From NCBI GenBank assembly GCA_965112735.1, contig OZ218950.1:4526001-4590000 (forward strand): a DNA stretch of 64,000 nt, read 5' to 3'. Shown in pieces: positions 61,572 through 64,000 of the stretch; within the stretch, counting starts at the first letter, position 1; each line of letters begins with the position of its first letter. The translations under genes and the position numbers were made by a program. The DNA comes from Phaeosaccion multiseriatum. Lineage: Eukaryota; Protista; Ochrophyta, other classes. The notes under the pieces were generated by a model. It had not been told where the DNA came from. It ran no database searches and saw only the letters and a list, made by a program, of their open reading frames with translations.

Positions 61572-61733
61572 GCGGAAGGATACGCGCAGATGGTCGAGGT
61601 GTGTGGGGGGGGGGGCTGGAGGCGACGGGTGACATAGGCAGCGGGGTATAGTTGAGTGAGGCAAGGCAGATAGCTAGACACGGCCGACAGTATGCTTAAT
61701 GGTGGAACGCTAAGTATTTTTTTGTTTCAAATT

Positions 61734-62108
61734 TTACTCGTAGGATTTAGTACTCCGGACATGAGTGCGTATGAAAGTGCGTATGAAACCGTCGCGGTCC
61801 TGTGGGCGCATGCGTTGGGGGGTGTAAGGACAGAAGGGTGTGTGGTGTCAGAAAAGGAAGGTGGGTGGTGCCAGGACAGAGGCGGGAGGGTATCAGGGCA
61901 GATCAAGGGGTGGTCGGGACAGAAGGGGCGGGCGTGGGTGAGGCTCAAGCTCGTGTCAGACAGAGGCATATGGGGCAGAGCACCATGTAGAGATGGGGGT
62001 TACGGGGGGGCAGCACCTTGTCGAGCTTCTTCAACAAGACCTCGTCGCAGAACTTTCTGTCCCCGGGGCCCATCTGCCACTTGTGGTGGTGGTTTTTGGG
62101 TTGTGGTT
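61734..62108 (-). CDS. Probable terminal exons (62017-~62108 and 61734-61799) encoding an EF-hand/EH-like segment; possibly the 3' end of the zinc-finger gene
   Basis: A phase-0 join gives DRKFCDEVLLKKLDK|DRDGFIRTF (DxDxDGxI loop). The donor GTGCTG is weak. Confidence 0.4.
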
Positions 62109-63283
62109 TCTGCGCGTGGGGTGTGCCTTACGTCGGGTCCGATATGCGCTACCTGTTTCGGGCCCAACTACACACACGCACGCACTTACACACACACACA
62201 CACGCACACTTACTCACTCACTCACTCACTCACCCACTCCCTCACTCCCTCACTCCCTCACTCAATCTCCCACTCACACACCCACTCACCCACTCACTTA
62301 CTCACTCACTCACCCACCCACTCACTTAATCACTCACCCACTCACTCACCCACTCACTCACTCCCCCGCTCACTCCCTCACTCACTCACTCACTCCTTCA
62401 CTCACTCACTCACTCACTCAGTCACTCACTCACCCGCCTACTCACCTACTCGCTCCACTCAACACACACATGGTGACTGATAGGGGTACACTAGTCAAAG
62501 TAGTCTAAAGTAGTATTTCTCTTACGTTAGATAAGTCGCCAGCGGAAAGGGAAAGTTTGATGGGGGGCGAGGCGTTTCATTCGCTGGCCCTTTCACTTGC
62601 ATCAGTCTCTCGGGAAAATTAAATTATACTACCTGCTGCACCCCAGTATGTCAGTGTTGAGCACATTTAATACTACCTGCTGCACCCCAGTATGTCAGCC
62701 TTCCACCCCCTCCACTACACAACGTAAGTCTTTTCTTCTCTCTGCCCGCACGTAGCTGCACATCGACCCTCCCCCCCCCTCTGTCCCCTCTGATGCTCCT
62801 TCCCTACTTCTTCGTGGCGTCGCGAGAGAGAAGCGCCCGGTTAAGCCTCGATGTGTAAATCCCTGCCGGGTGGGGGTATCAACACCCCGAATCCATAATC
62901 CGTCCTTATCCTTGCGTGCTTACATCACTTCGACAGCACTCCAGCACACCGACACCACGCACTAACCCTCACACCTTCTGTATGTAAGCTTCGGACGAAA
63001 GAGAGAGAGAGAGAGACAGAGAGAGAGAAGTCTCAACAAGTCCCTCCCTCTCGTTCTTTCGATCTGCCACCCCCCTCCGCTCCGTATGTCATCCTCGATT
63101 GACAACCCTGACCATGCCCCAGCATCAACATCTGCCAACCACCCTCGCCGCAGTAGACGCAGCAGTTGGTGATACAATGGGACCCGCCGAAGAGGCGTAG
63201 TCCGTCCTTGCCTGCCGGATCGAGAGGATCTGCTGACTCTCTCTCTCTCTCTCCCACTCACTCACTCTCTCTCACTCGCGCAC

Positions 63284-63786
63284 TCACCAACCGAGGGTCT
63301 CTAGAGGAGACGTCCCAGGCCCAGCCCGACCCGCTGTTGGTGGTACATTAGCAGCAATTGGTGGTACAGCCGCAGCAGCAGCTGGCGGTACAGTCACAAT
63401 CGGTGAGGTCTGTGCGCCAGAAGCCAAGGTCACCTCCGCCGAGGAGGAAGAGGGGGGAGAGGAGGAGGAGGAGGACAGTGACGATGACGTCGACGCAGGG
63501 CGCGCAGAGAGCGTAGGAGCAGCAGCAGCAGCAGCAGGAGGAGGAGGAGGAGCAGATGCATGAGCCCCGGGTGGAGGCGATGGTGCAGACGCTTGCATGC
63601 TCCTCGTCCTCCCTTGTACCCCTGCTGCCTTGTCGCACACGGAACAAATGCCGTCAGTGCGATCGTCCTGCTCGTAGTGGCACCATAAGCACTTCCACTT
63701 GCGGTCCTCAGGGGCGGGGAGGGTGTAAATGTATACTTTGACAGACTTCTCTGACCCGCCCCAGCTCACCGCGTTCTTCTCCGTCC
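63284..63786 (-). CDS. Internal or late exon of a gene starting beyond the window, with a RanBP2-type-like zinc finger
   Basis: KWKCLWCHYEQDDRTDGICSVCD (W-x-C-x2-C...C-x2-C). A (CA)n-rich intron ending in ttacag lies just upstream on the minus strand. Confidence 0.65.
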
Positions 63787-64000
63787 TGTAATTGTGTGTG
63801 TGTGTTGTGTGTTGTGCGTGTGTGTGTGTTGTGTGTGTGTTGTGTGTGTGTGTGTGTTGTGTGTGTGTTGTGTGTGTGTTGTATACGTGTATGTGTGTGT
63901 GTGTGTGGATGGGTGGTTGGGTGTTTGGGTGGAAGTGTGAGTGGTGAGTCAATAATCACATCGCGACACGTCACGCCCTTTCTTTGCCCCTACTCCTGCC

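Noticed and set aside
1-64000. tRNA, rRNA, snRNA or spliced-leader genes, including as a CRE target site
   Set aside because: No recognisable cloverleaf, rRNA or snRNA/Sm-site sequence by eye; a covariance-model scan was not possible.

Overview
This is GC-rich, intron-rich eukaryotic nuclear DNA, very dense in microsatellites. It comes from a photosynthetic stramenopile: the light-harvesting protein has an ASAF-type bipartite plastid-targeting signal and looks VCP/FCP-like, so a eustigmatophyte or related ochrophyte is inferred. By joining GT-AG introns with matching phases I reconstruct, in order: a TALE homeobox gene (-), PDE6D (-), a PHT1/Pho84-like MFS transporter (-), biotin synthase (-) head-to-head with an ABHD1/2/3-type hydrolase (+), an LHC antenna gene (+), a Treslin/TICRR orthologue (-), a divergent PPR-SMR gene (-), a ~24-kb, ~30-exon gene for a ~4,700-aa protein (+), a nearly intact CRE-clade non-LTR retrotransposon (-), a second PPR-SMR gene (+) and the end of a RanBP2-type zinc-finger gene (-). 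The giant protein has EF-hands, a probably inactive alpha/beta-hydrolase, four copies of an unnamed repeat and IQ motifs. The most striking region is 54.6-61.6 kb. There a retrotransposon carrying two RING fingers sits head-to-head with an intronless PPR-SMR nuclease gene. That gene's PPR array is a near-identical 105-bp DNA tandem repeat in which the base-specifying residue switches between D and N, giving a predicted RNA target of about GAGGAGGGG. All family calls are from motif recognition only; no database searches were run.
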